Source: Nitrospirales bacterium (lineage in GTDB: Bacteria > Nitrospirota > Nitrospiria > Nitrospirales > UBA8639). From it: DNA of 64,000 nucleotides. Location: the NCBI GenBank assembly GCA_963555755.3, contig OY820905.2:352001-416000 (forward strand). The letters run 5' to 3'. A program made the translations under genes and the position numbers. Of this stretch, positions 21,796-32,344 are shown piece after piece (position 1 is the first letter of the stretch; each line of letters begins with the position of its first letter). The notes beneath the pieces were generated by a model. The model was given only the letters and a program-made list of their open reading frames with translations, ran no database searches and was not told the DNA's origin.

Positions 21796-21943
21796 GGCAG
21801 AAGGCAAAGCGTAGCACGATCAGCTGTCGATTACACGAATGAGGCGCTGGAAAAAGGAGTCGCCGCACCGTTTTCAATGAAATGACCACTCGATGGTCGA
21901 CCGCTATACTGTCGCGCTTTCGATGGACCTGGAACCTGACCCC

Positions 21944-22753
21944 ATGTCGCCTCGACGCCCAACCCGCCAGATCACGCTCGGAGACGATACTCACGGCTAT
22001 GTGAGGATCGGTGGCGATGCTCCCGTCTCAGTGCAGACCATGACCGCGGGTTACACTTACGACATCGATGCCTGCGTGGCGGAAATCCACAAACTCGCCG
22101 CCGCCGGCGCTGATATTGTGCGTGTCGCCGTACCGGAGAAGAAGGACACCGAAGCGCTGGCGCAAATCCTGCCCCAGGTAAACGTGCCGATCGTGGCGGA
22201 TGTGCATTTTCATTTTCAACGCGCGATTGAGGCCATCAAAGCCGGTGTGCATAAGATTCGACTCAACCCGGGCAACATCAGCGACCGCGAACAGGTCGTG
22301 AAGGTGATCGATGCGTGCAAGGAACGATCGATTCCTATTCGCATCGGCGTCAATGAGGGCTCGATCATTGAACGCAAAGACAAACAGAAGCGCATGGAGG
22401 AACTGGGCAAGTTCTTCAGCGACAGCAAGCACGGGCATCTGCTGGCCATCATGATCGCCAAGCTCGAAGAATACCTTGATATCTTTGAGCAACGGGATTT
22501 CCACGACGTCTGCATTAGCGCCAAGAGCATCGATCCGCAAATCGTCATCGACGCCTACACGGAAATCAGCAAGCGATTCGACTACCCCCTGCACCTGGGC
22601 GTCACGCACGCCGGGCCGCGGGAGGTGGGACTGATTCGCAGCGTCGTCCCGCTTGGACATCTGCTGGCGTCGGGTGTCGGCGACACCGTTCGCATCAGCT
22701 ACGCGAACGATTCTTCTCTCGAAGTTGAGGACGCCATCGAAATGCTCTGCTAA
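21944..22753 (+). pseudogene. ispG: HMBPP synthase IspG, truncated before the Fe-S domain
   Basis: VSVQTMT, VADVHF, RLNPGNI, IRIGVNEGS, PLHLGVT, GDTVRIS; no C-terminal CPxCGR. Confidence 0.9.
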
Positions 22754-22981
22754 CTTGACAAGCCCATTGGTAATACCAACCACGTCAGCAACGCACTCAA
22801 CGTTAGAACCATTCGTTTCAGCACCCTCCCTAGTCTGGTCAAGCCGGGATTCTCCCCCATGGTTACCCCGGGTCGCCGACGCCAGTGGCTGAGTCTGGGG
22901 GGGTCATCAGCCCGATTTGCCGGACGCCGGGTAACGTGACAGTCCCTCAACGATTCATTCGTAGCCCTCGATTCGGGACCT

Positions 22982-23608
22982 TTACAGCTTGGTACCGTCG
23001 ATGCCCTTGATGGCACATTTCACAGCGTTGACAGTGCCGCCTGCCTTGTATTTGAAGATATCTTTCTTGCCCATTTTATACCAAGTACTTTTACCCTTGT
23101 GCCGCCACTTCCAATAGGGATTCGTACCATCCACATATTTTACGCTGGCGACGGAACACTTATCTTGCATACCTGAACCGGCACCGACTGACTTGATCTT
23201 AAGACGAACTTCAAATCCGTTTTTCTGCAGCGTCCCCAACGTGGTGCCAAGCTTGCCCTCCAGGAAAGACGTGGAAAACCAGAAATTCACGAATGCCGCA
23301 CCGAGCGGTTCACCATTAATATGGGAACCGAACTTATCGAGTTCGATCCAACTCGATTGACCGGAAAGCCGTGCGCGCAGCCAGACGGTATCCACGGTAT
23401 ACCCAGAGGTATTCCAAAGTGTGAAATTAAACGGAGCATTATAAGCTTTAGCTTTCAGCTCTACGTCCAGGCAGTCGCCGTTGGCTGTGTCTGCATTACT
23501 ACATCTTCCTTTGCTTGCATCAAAATTGCTGGTGCCTGCCCAGCCGTTATAGCCTACGACTAGAAGAATTATGAGTCCAAGCAATAGTTTCCCGGTGATC
23601 CTCTTCAT
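22982..23608 (-). CDS. Secreted Cys-containing protein, divergent family A member
   Basis: AGGAGG RBS, signal peptide, WNTSGYTVDTVWL, EVRLKIK, GGTVNAVKC. Confidence 0.75.
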   Translation of the reverse strand: MKRITGKLLLGLIILLVVGYNGWAGTSNFDASKGRCSNADTANGDCLDVELKAKAYNAPFNFTLWNTSGYTVDTVWLRARLSGQSSWIELDKFGSHINGEPLGAAFVNFWFSTSFLEGKLGTTLGTLQKNGFEVRLKIKSVGAGSGMQDKCSVASVKYVDGTNPYWKWRHKGKSTWYKMGKKDIFKYKAGGTVNAVKCAIKGIDGTKL

Positions 23609-23620
23609 GATTTACCTCCT

Positions 23621-25539
23621 GTGCGCCGGTCAAAACCGGCAAGGTGTTAAAGTGAAAGTCTTCAACGTTGAAGGATTAGCGACCCACAACGTCCCCGAGT
23701 CATGCGCGAGTCCGCTGGGTAACCACGGCCGCGAAGCGTTGACAGGGGGGCGGGCAGGCTGGGTATTGAGCCGCGAAAGTATCTTGCTTCGGGGTGCCGA
23801 CCTTGTAGGAGAATGGGGAAGGCGACACCGGTTGTGCCGATTGCGCGAGGCACAGCGGGACCCTGCGCGGTCAGAGACCCCATGCATGTTCGTACGCACC
23901 TTGTTTGGGAACCGGGAGATCCCACCACCGCCCGCGCGACATGGCGCTGCGGGCCGCATCGGGAAGTCCAAGGACGTATGCCGATGATGCACGGTCGTGG
24001 GAAGTCGGACACCCGTGTAGTACCCAAGAAGTCCCCGAACAACGTTGGCCGACCAGCGGCGGAGGGGATGGAGGGAAGACGGGTGGCCAAAGGGAACTCG
24101 CGTGAGCAAACCATGCGCCGGACGCAAGGCCGGGCACGCATGCAAAGCGCGCTCGCGCGGGTACGTCAAGCGGCAACACGGGATACGTCGTTGCGGTTCA
24201 CTGCGCTCCTGCACCACATTTACAACATCGATACCCTCCGGGAGGCCTACTTCGGCCTCAAGCGGCATGCCGCGCCGGGGGTTGATGGGGTGACGTGGCG
24301 GCACTATGGGGAACACCTGGAGGCGAACCTCCAAGATCTTTCCGCGAGGCTGCAACGCGGAGCGTACCGAGCGAAGCCGACGCGGAGAACGTTCATCACC
24401 AAGTCTGACGGTCGGGACCGACCGCTGGGCGTGACCGTGCTGGAGGACAAAGTGGTCCAACGGGCGACGGTCGAAGTGTTGAATGCTATCTACGAAGTTG
24501 ATTTCCTCGGGTTTTCGTACGGGTTCCGCCCGGGGTGTAGCCAGCATCATGCGCTGGACGCGCTCTATGCGGGCTTGCTGACGCGGAAGGTGAACTGGGT
24601 GCTGGATGTCGACATTGCCGGGTTTTTCGACGCCATCAACCGGCAGTGGCTGATGAAGTTCCTCGAGCACCGGATTGGGGACCGGCGCGTGGTGCGGCTC
24701 ATCCAGAAATGGCTGAACGCGGGCGTGCTGGCAGAGGGGAAGCGAATCGTGAGTGAGAAGGGCACGGTGCAAGGCAGCAGCATCAGTCCGCTGTTGGCGA
24801 ACGTGTACCTGCACGATGTGTTCGACCTGTGGGTTCAGGATCGGCGGACGCAGTGGGCGTATGGCGAGGTCATCGTCGTACGGTTCGCGGATGATGCCGT
24901 GCTGGGCTTTCAGCATCGTGGCGTCGCTCAGCAGTTCCTCGAAGATCTTCGCAAACGTTTGGCGGCGTTCGGACTGGAGTTGCATCGCGACAAAACGCGG
25001 CTTCTGGAGTTCGGGCCGTACGCGGCCCAGAACAGAAAGGACGCCGGGCGGGGCAAACCGGAGACATTCACCTTCCTTGGCTTCACGCATATCTGCGCGA
25101 AGAAGCGAAGGAATGGCATGTTTACGGTGTTGCGCCAGACCATGCCAAGAGGTTGCAAGCCAAACTGAAGGAGGTGAAGATCCTCCTTCGGCAACGCTTG
25201 CACGACCCTGTCCCGGAAGTGGGCCAGTGGTTGGCGTCGGTGGTTCGGGGGCATTGCCAGTACTATGGCGTGCCGATGAACGGCCCGGCGTTGGCGCTGT
25301 TCCGTTTTCGCGTGACCTGGCTCTGGTGGCGGTCGCTTCGGCGACGCAGCCAGAAAACCAATGTGACGTGGGAGCGAATGAAGCGCCTGATCGATCACTG
25401 GATTCCTCCGGCCCGTATCTGTCATCCGTATCCCCTGAGAAGACTTGGCGTTATCACCTGAGGCAAGAGCCCAGTGCGTTAGCAGCGCTCGCTGGGATCC
25501 GTGGAGGGGGTGTTCAGTAATGGGCATTCCTACTCCGAC
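23621..25539 (+). mobile_element. Group II intron, bacterial class E-like
   Basis: 5' GTGCG at 23621; domain V GAGCCCAGTGCG...GCTGGGATCCGTGGAGGGG; domain VI ending CCTACTCCGAC. Confidence 0.9.
23978..25461 (+). pseudogene. ltrA: Intron-encoded reverse transcriptase/maturase, frameshifted near 25145, no endonuclease domain
   Basis: APGVDG, SYGFRPG, QGSSISPLLANVYLH, RFADD, FTFLGF; domain X continues in ORF 25153-25461 (RICHPYP). Confidence 0.88.
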
Positions 25540-25655
25540 TTTTGATACCCAGGCCCAGGGCATAAACATCCCGTCGTCTTGATAAATAGGCCATCACTAA
25601 ATGATCCGCAACGGCTGTTGTGGCGCTAAGTTCTTCACGGAGATGCGGTACACGA

Positions 25656-26129
25656 TCACCAATCCCAGGAGTATTCACAGTTTCCTGTGCCGGGACCTAC
25701 ATAAGACTCGGTGAGCGGTTTTTTGACCTTACGACAACGGTTCCCATTCAATGTCGTGCCCTTGGAATAGTAATACTGGTCATTCTGATTGTTCGCATAA
25801 ATCATCTTCTGGCTTTTCCGACAACTCTCCTTGTCCCCCCCCGCAATCTTAAACTTCAACCAGACCTCGGACCCCTCTTCGAGAACATCAATTTTTCTCA
25901 GGTCTGCGCAGGACTCTTGCCCTGCCATCAGATCGCCAGCCCATTTCCTGCGATTCTCCACCCCGTCTTTTTCCCAAAACACTTGCATATCATCCACGGT
26001 ATACCCCCGGAATTATAGTACAGTAGGACAACGACGTTTTTGGGAATTGTCATCAGTAAATGATGCACTGACATTAAGAAAGATGACCGGAAACCCCCAC
26101 GCAACCGTGATGTCCCATTTGTATGCCAT
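25656..26129 (-). pseudogene. Family A secreted protein with two compensating frameshifts and a stop between them
   Basis: MAYKWDIT... signal region; +1 near 26042 and -1 near 26002 relative to paralogs; intact C-terminal ORF 25656-25997. Confidence 0.8.
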
Positions 26130-26256
26130 GTTGACTTTCTCCAACTAATGGTACCGGGTAATATCGTGCAACGGTCAGGAGTCTGTGTGCACGACAGGGG
26201 ATACATACCACCCGTTCGTAGATCGCGGGGAGTTTATCGCCTATCACACTCGCTAA

Positions 26257-26742
26257 TCAATCAGGCCAATAATCGGAGGCTTTACAATTTCCAGTGCCAG
26301 GGCTCACCAGAGACTGAGTAGGGGGCTTCGATTTCCTGCAACGATTCCCATTCAAGGTCGTCCCCTTTGAATAGTAAAACTCTAGAGTATCCCCAAATTT
26401 ACTTTTCACAAAAATCATTTTCTCGCTTTTTCGACAACTCTCCTTGTCGCCACCCGAAATCTTAAACTTCAACCAGACCTCCGACCCCTCATCGAGACCA
26501 TCCACTTTGTTCAGGTCAGCGCAGAACGCCTTCCCTATGGTCAGATCTCCAGCCCATTTCCTGCGTTTCTCAACCCCGTCCTTTTTCCAAAACACTTGCA
26601 CATAGTCCACGGTATATCCCCCTGAATTGTAGTAAAACAGGATGTCGACGTTTTTGGACTTGTCTTCAGAAAATGATGCATTGGCATGGAGAAAGATTCC
26701 CAGAAATGCCAACGCCACCGTGATGACCCATTTGTGTGCCAT
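26257..26742 (-). CDS. Small secreted protein, family A
   Basis: GGAGG RBS, signal peptide, YYNSGGYTVDYV, EGSEVWLKFKISGGDKESCRKS, KGTTLNGNRCR. Confidence 0.87.
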   Translation of the reverse strand: MAHKWVITVALAFLGIFLHANASFSEDKSKNVDILFYYNSGGYTVDYVQVFWKKDGVEKRRKWAGDLTIGKAFCADLNKVDGLDEGSEVWLKFKISGGDKESCRKSEKMIFVKSKFGDTLEFYYSKGTTLNGNRCRKSKPPTQSLVSPGTGNCKASDYWPD

Positions 26743-26880
26743 GATGCTCACCTCCTCAATGAATGATGTGACCGGTTTCTATCATCGTGCAACGGTCATT
26801 GGTTTGTGATGTGCCCCCAGGGAATAAAGCACCCTTTGAAAGACGCGATATCGTAAATGGGTATCGCCTTCGCTATTCAA

Positions 26881-27369
26881 TCAACCCGCAGTAGAATCAT
26901 ATGAACAATTTCCCGTGCCGGCATCAAGCGCAACATTGTTGGGCGGCCTCCCTTTCCGGCAACGATTCCCATTCAACGTCGTGCCCTTTGAATAGTAATG
27001 CTGGGGTACTAGTGTGTTCAGTGAGGCGCTCTTCGTAAAAATCATTTTCTCGCTTTTTCGACAACTCTCTTTGTCGCCACCCGAAATCTTAAACTTCAAC
27101 CAGACCTCTGATCCCTCTTCGAGACCCTCAATTTTGGTCAGGTCAGCGCAGAACCCTACACCAACCGTCAAGTCTCCACCCCATTTCTTGCTTTTCTGCA
27201 CCCCGTCTTTTTTCCAAAACAATTGCACATAGTCCACGGTATACCCCCCTCGATTAAGGTAATACAGGACCTCGACGTTTTTGGATTTGTCCTCAGAAAA
27301 TGATGCACTGGCATGCAGCCAGATGCCCAGAAACACCAACGCAACCGTGATGACCTTTTTGTGTCTCAT
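26881..27369 (-). CDS. Small secreted protein, family A
   Basis: Tandem paralog with the same motifs and RBS. Confidence 0.87.
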   Translation of the reverse strand: MRHKKVITVALVFLGIWLHASASFSEDKSKNVEVLYYLNRGGYTVDYVQLFWKKDGVQKSKKWGGDLTVGVGFCADLTKIEGLEEGSEVWLKFKISGGDKESCRKSEKMIFTKSASLNTLVPQHYYSKGTTLNGNRCRKGRPPNNVALDAGTGNCSYDSTAG

Positions 27370-27498
27370 GTGGCTCACCTCCTCAATAATTGTCCCGATC
27401 AATATTTTGCTAGTGTCAGTTGCCTGTGTTTTGTCACACGGGAGAGAGAACACAACACCCTTCGAAGCACGCGAGACCCTTAACGAGTCTCGCATTCG

Positions 27499-27981
27499 TT
27501 ACCAATAGTTGCCCCAAGGACAATTTCCATTTTTATTATCCCTATATGAAATTCCAGTGGAGGAGGGTTTCGCTTTCCTGCAACGATTCCCATTCAATGT
27601 TGTGCCCTTTGAATAGTAATGCTGAGTTTTTACCTCTTCACTATCCTGAAAAATCATTTTCTGGCTTTTCCGACAACTCTCCTTGTCGCCACCTGCAATC
27701 TTAAACTTCAACCAGACCTCTGACCCCTCTTCGACCCCATCAACTTTGCTCAGTTTTGCGCAGAATCCTTGAGCTGACATCACATCTTTAGACCATTTCT
27801 TGTCTTTCTGCACCCCATCCTTTTCCCAAAACAATTGCACATAGTCTACGGTATACCCACCTGAATTATAGTACAGCAGGACGTTGACGTTTTTGGACTT
27901 GTCTTCAGCAAATGCGGCATTGGCACTGAGCACCATGACCAGAAACACCAACCCAACAGTGATCACCCATTTGTATGTCAT
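27499..27981 (-). CDS. Small secreted protein, family A
   Basis: Tandem paralog with the same motifs and RBS. Confidence 0.87.
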   Translation of the reverse strand: MTYKWVITVGLVFLVMVLSANAAFAEDKSKNVNVLLYYNSGGYTVDYVQLFWEKDGVQKDKKWSKDVMSAQGFCAKLSKVDGVEEGSEVWLKFKIAGGDKESCRKSQKMIFQDSEEVKTQHYYSKGTTLNGNRCRKAKPSSTGISYRDNKNGNCPWGNYW

Positions 27982-28360
27982 GTTGACCTCCTTCAAAATG
28001 AATGTCCTGAGAATGATCGTGCAGCGGGCATTGCCCTGTGGTGCACCAACACCACACCCTTCGAAGCACGCGAGACCGGCAACGGGAATTGCAATCGTTA
28101 TCCAGGTTGCCTTCATAGTTTGCATCGGTTATTGGTCAAAGGAATGAAACGTCATGGTGCTATCCACCTCGCTTTTAGAAATCAGCCTATGGCGGCAACT
28201 ATGGCGTGTGAGAAGGCCAACACGAGGGCCACTACAGCCAAAAAATTGGTTCCTCTGATGGTTGTGGGACACATGAAGTGTTGCCTCCTTGGTCATATGT
28301 TCTGACAGTATCAAGGGATGATCTTGTCGACAGGGTTCATCATCCCAGGTCGATCGTGAT

Positions 28361-28798
28361 CTAAGGCAGTTGGCTGACCCTACAGCGATTGTTTGTTGCC
28401 AATTCTCCACTCGTCTTATAGGTCACCTTCGCGTTGGAAGCGGGAAGGTAATAGAACTTCTTGTCGTCCTTGCGGCAATTCTTACGTTCGCCAAGCTGAA
28501 TGCCGATGATTGCCCACACCTCATCGCCCGACTTGATTTTGGCTTCGGTCCTCCCATCAGAAACCTTCCCAAGCTGAAAGCTTCTGGTCTTGCCGGCGTT
28601 GACGCAATCGTTGTCCTGCATCGTTTTAAACTTCTGGCCGTTCGGCTTCTTCCAATGAATCGACACGCATGCCCGGTATGTACCGTTGTTATAGTAAGTG
28701 ATTTTATCGATATTGTAGTCTGTCGCGTGTGCAGGCGACGCTGCAACCGCGCACATGCCAAGCGCAACAATTGAGAATAATTTTTTAAAGAAGCTCAT
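28361..28798 (-). CDS. Small secreted protein, family A (divergent)
   Basis: Signal peptide ending AHA; YYNNGTY, DEVW, NCRK, NNRCR. Confidence 0.82.
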   Translation of the reverse strand: MSFFKKLFSIVALGMCAVAASPAHATDYNIDKITYYNNGTYRACVSIHWKKPNGQKFKTMQDNDCVNAGKTRSFQLGKVSDGRTEAKIKSGDEVWAIIGIQLGERKNCRKDDKKFYYLPASNAKVTYKTSGELATNNRCRVSQLP

Positions 28799-28936
28799 AC
28801 GGTTCCCCTCCCAGAAGGTATGGGACCTCGACGTTCAGTCAGGTCCCGCTTTTGCTCAGTTTGCCACATTGGTGTCCATGAGAATCAATCGGTTTAGAAG
28901 GAGCTCAGGCGATTCTTTTTGCTGCTATCATTCGGG

Positions 28937-29368
28937 CTATGATCCTGCCTTCAAGGTTTTGAAGTCACTTTCTGAATAGCCGCACTTTAGTGTGAGCGCG
29001 GGACTCTGTTTTCCACTGTTAAGTACCGAGCAGCGCTTTTTCGGTCCTTTATTCTTAGTCCCTCTGGTCTCCTGACCTTCCGCGCTACCCTCACACCAAA
29101 ACACCGACACTTGCCTATTCGACGTGCCGGGCTTAAAAAAGTATTTGGCTTCTTCTCCGGGTCCAAGCCGAGCCTTTTTGCATACCAGAGCATTTGCATC
29201 TGCTGCACAACTAAGGCTTGCCGATTTTACCCCGGCACACCCTGCTGCTGTAAAAAAAACCTCTATTTTCCTATCCGACCCGTTATAGACCTTGCTGCCG
29301 GCTTCAACCGACAGGGGTAACAAGACTCCGGTCAAACTCAGCATCAACATTCCAATCTTCACTCTCAT
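28937..29368 (-). CDS. Small secreted six-Cys protein, family B
   Basis: GGAGG RBS, signal peptide ending VEA, GCAGVK, VCKKARL, KRCS, KCGYS. Confidence 0.85.
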   Translation of the reverse strand: MRVKIGMLMLSLTGVLLPLSVEAGSKVYNGSDRKIEVFFTAAGCAGVKSASLSCAADANALVCKKARLGPGEEAKYFFKPGTSNRQVSVFWCEGSAEGQETRGTKNKGPKKRCSVLNSGKQSPALTLKCGYSESDFKTLKAGS

Positions 29369-29438
29369 GGTGTATCCTCCTGTGTTCTACCCCAAATATT
29401 CGGGTATCAGGCGATTCTTGTCGCCAATGTCATTCGGG

Positions 29439-29870
29439 CTATGATCCTGCCTTCAAGGTTTTGAAGTCACTTTCTGAATAGCCGCACTTTAGTGTGAGCG
29501 CGGGACTCTGTTTTCCACTGTTAAGTACCGAGCAGCGCTTTTTCGGTCCTTTGTTCTTCGTGATCTTGGACGTAAACTCTTCCCCCGTGCCCTCACACCA
29601 GGCCACGTATACTCTCCTATCCGACGTGCCGGCCTTGAAAAAATATTTGGTGTCTTCACCGGGGCCAAGCCGAGCCTTTTTGCATACCGTAGGACTCAAA
29701 CTTTTAGAACAACTCAAGCTTCCCTGCTTAACCCCAGCGCACCCTACAGCTGTAAAAATTACTTCTATTTTCCTATCCGACCCGTTATAGACCTTGCTCC
29801 CGGCTTCAACCGACAGGGGTAACAAGACTCCGGTCAAACTCAGCATCAACATTCCAATCTTCACTCTCAT
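29439..29870 (-). CDS. Small secreted six-Cys protein, family B
   Basis: Tandem duplicate of 28937-29368 (502 bp period). Confidence 0.85.
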   Translation of the reverse strand: MRVKIGMLMLSLTGVLLPLSVEAGSKVYNGSDRKIEVIFTAVGCAGVKQGSLSCSKSLSPTVCKKARLGPGEDTKYFFKAGTSDRRVYVAWCEGTGEEFTSKITKNKGPKKRCSVLNSGKQSPALTLKCGYSESDFKTLKAGS

Positions 29871-30088
29871 GGCTTATGCTCCTTTGTCTGTCCCGTAGTT
29901 GCATCTTTCAGTGCCTGAGGGTAGGTGGTTTTGTCGTCATGGAAAGCAAACCATTCAGTGACTTATTTCGGTGACTTCTTATAGAAGGCCGTTTCTGTAT
30001 GAGAGGCCCTAGGAAATGAAAGCCATCATCTGCCAAGTCAGTCACGAGAGAGGAAAGGATCACTTTTTCGAACCATTCATCTCTCCGC

Positions 30089-30508
30089 TCAGTTGCCCTT
30101 GAGCGCGTCGTATTCTGCCTGGCTGTAGTTACACTTGACGTTTTTATCAGAATTAGCCGAGCAACGCTTTTTGTCGCCCTTATTACCGGTGTTGGCGTAA
30201 TTCCAATTCGAAGCTGTGCCACCTCGGTAGCATTGGATGACCAATACCGATCTGCCCGTCGTGCCGTCCTTAAAGTGATACTGACTGGATTCACCCGACG
30301 CCAACACCTTCTTCTTGCAGACGGTCTTCACATCTTTTTGAACGTCGTCGCACGAAGGGGTCGGTTTGACGCCTGCGCACCCCGCAGCCTGCCAGTACAC
30401 CGTGACCTCCTGACTGGTCGAGTTATAGACATGGGATTTTGCCCACAGGTTCAAGGGCGCCACGCTCACCAAGACGGCGAGCGTCCATGTGATGATAAAG
30501 ATTTTCAT
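30089..30508 (-). CDS. Small secreted six-Cys protein, family B (divergent)
   Basis: AAGGAG RBS, signal peptide, AAGCAGVK, VCKKKVL, KRCS, KCNYS. Confidence 0.85.
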   Translation of the reverse strand: MKIFIITWTLAVLVSVAPLNLWAKSHVYNSTSQEVTVYWQAAGCAGVKPTPSCDDVQKDVKTVCKKKVLASGESSQYHFKDGTTGRSVLVIQCYRGGTASNWNYANTGNKGDKKRCSANSDKNVKCNYSQAEYDALKGN

Positions 30509-30653
30509 CGCTCACACTCCTTTCATGAATAGGCTCTTCAAACAAAGTGTCCCGGGACCGGAAACGCGACTGAGCAGGTGCCCTACCAATACACGAGGCA
30601 TGATGTATCACCCTGCAATACATGCCAATGCCTGGAGTGCTAAGAGCGGATGC

Positions 30654-31163
30654 CTATGATCGTTTATTGATAGAGAGATAAAATTTGGCATCGTCTGCAC
30701 TCTCACCACAGTTACTATAGCTAGCACTCATCGGCAGGGAGTTGTAATCCAAATCCGTGATATTGATGGATTTATCTCCTTTGCGTTCGAAATCAACCCG
30801 CCATTTATATTTGGATTTTTTGGTGCATTTTTTCTGGCGAATATATACTTTCAACTCACCAACTCGTGCCGTGCTGCCGTCTTCAAGATTTTCGACAACC
30901 CGTAAGTAGGCTTTCGCTGCCTGTCTCTTGCCATTCTCCGTCGTAACAGTGATGTTACATGATCCTTTTCCGGAAACGATCCTGTTGCAACGTGAAAAAT
31001 CAACCGTCGTGAGTTTTCCATCCGTGCTTGCGAGAGAAATGGCGTAGCTTTTTTCATTCTTAAAGTCTACGCGTACAGATACTGTCGCGACAGAAGGGCC
31101 TGCGGCCATAGCTAGCCCGTAGGGTGCAATCAAACAAAGTACGACATACACCAAGATTTTCAT
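30654..31163 (-). CDS. Secreted hypothetical protein
   Basis: AAGGAG RBS, signal peptide ending AMA, four Cys in mature part. Confidence 0.7.
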   Translation of the reverse strand: MKILVYVVLCLIAPYGLAMAAGPSVATVSVRVDFKNEKSYAISLASTDGKLTTVDFSRCNRIVSGKGSCNITVTTENGKRQAAKAYLRVVENLEDGSTARVGELKVYIRQKKCTKKSKYKWRVDFERKGDKSINITDLDYNSLPMSASYSNCGESADDAKFYLSINKRS

Positions 31164-31418
31164 TTTTTCTCCTTTCAATTCCATGGAGGGACGGTTTTCA
31201 CACAAGGGCTTAGCGGGATGGCTGCCCAAGATGGGGGCCAAGCGCATGTGTTCTCCTCCCAATGAGAAACCGTCATGCATGGTGAGAGCCGATTCCTACT
31301 AGCCATGAGAGAACCTGGTTCACCCATAACTCCGACCATGCTCCATTTCCACCGAGTGATTCTCTGTCATCCTATTTGCGTGATACCCTTTTCATCGGCA
31401 ACACCCTTTTGAGTGTTG

Positions 31419-31730
31419 TTAGAATTGACCACCACAGTTAGAACAAAACTTTGCGCCAGCCTGCATTTCTACACCACAGTTACTGCAAAATTTACCTTGC
31501 GGGAACGCCTCACCACACTGCTGGCAAAATTTACTGCTTCCGTCATTGATAGTGTGACATTTCTGACAGCTGATGGTTGAGACGCTTTGCGATGTAAGAT
31601 CCGGCTTACTTTGAGAATAGCTATGACCCTGTTGAGCACCTGCGAAATCACCCAGAAGCCTGCCCAGCCAACCACCTTTTCCACGACTTCCTCCACCATG
31701 ATGCCCCATCAATACACCTCTATTCTTCAT
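31419..31730 (-). CDS. Double zinc-ribbon protein
   Basis: CQKC, FCQQCG, FCSNCG twice. Confidence 0.75.
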   Translation of the reverse strand: MKNRGVLMGHHGGGSRGKGGWLGRLLGDFAGAQQGHSYSQSKPDLTSQSVSTISCQKCHTINDGSSKFCQQCGEAFPQGKFCSNCGVEMQAGAKFCSNCGGQF

Positions 31731-32047
31731 TGCTCTTTTTTGAAATGGTCACAATCTTTCCTTGGGAGAAAGGTTGTTCATCGTCACAGCTCCTGCCATG
31801 AATAAAATTTTTTCAGTTGGATCGGAAGAGTTGGCCAGGCCATGACTTTTTTGCCTTGAATAGGGCCTCGGACCATGCGGTAAAAGGGCGCAAGAGAGGA
31901 GATGATCATTACCCATATTCGACGCATCCTGAGAGTTGGAGAATAATTCCTATCGGGGCTGTTGAATATTTCCGTTTCAGACATCGAACGGTTCGCCAGG
32001 AAAACCTGATTGCAACGCCTGAAGAGAATGTTCCATAAAAGCATGTC

Positions 32048-32230
32048 CTAAGACTGCCGAAGGAAAGGCCGCAAACCTTTTAACGCACCGAGCGTACCCT
32101 CAGTACGTGAGCAACAACGCCGCAAAAAGCGGGAAGTCTGTGAGTCCAATGGTCGGCAAAATGGTGAGAACGCTGTTGGCGGCCCATTTGACCAAGCTCA
32201 GAACTGGGATTTTTTAACCTTCCCCTTAGT
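32048..32230. repeat. Possible degenerate MITE/REP-like element
   Basis: CGTACCCTCAGTACG palindrome and GAGAACGCTGTTGGCGG core; single copy in this window. Confidence 0.35.
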
Positions 32231-32344
32231 CATTTCCGGTTCAGTGTAGCTGGGGCCAGGTACGTCGAAAATTCCAGGCAGTGCGTAGCGTCTCCCCCTC
32301 AGCAGCGACCCCAAACCTTTCACCAGAGTCGTGCGGCACCAGAC

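Noticed and set aside
23630..25090. 486 aa minus-strand ORF
   Set aside because: Antisense shadow of the GC-rich intron RT gene
11734..30508. Diversity-generating retroelement acting on the RCC1 repeats or secreted arrays
   Set aside because: The RT lies within clear group II intron boundaries and has domain X; no TR/VR pair with adenine-restricted differences and no avd gene were seen
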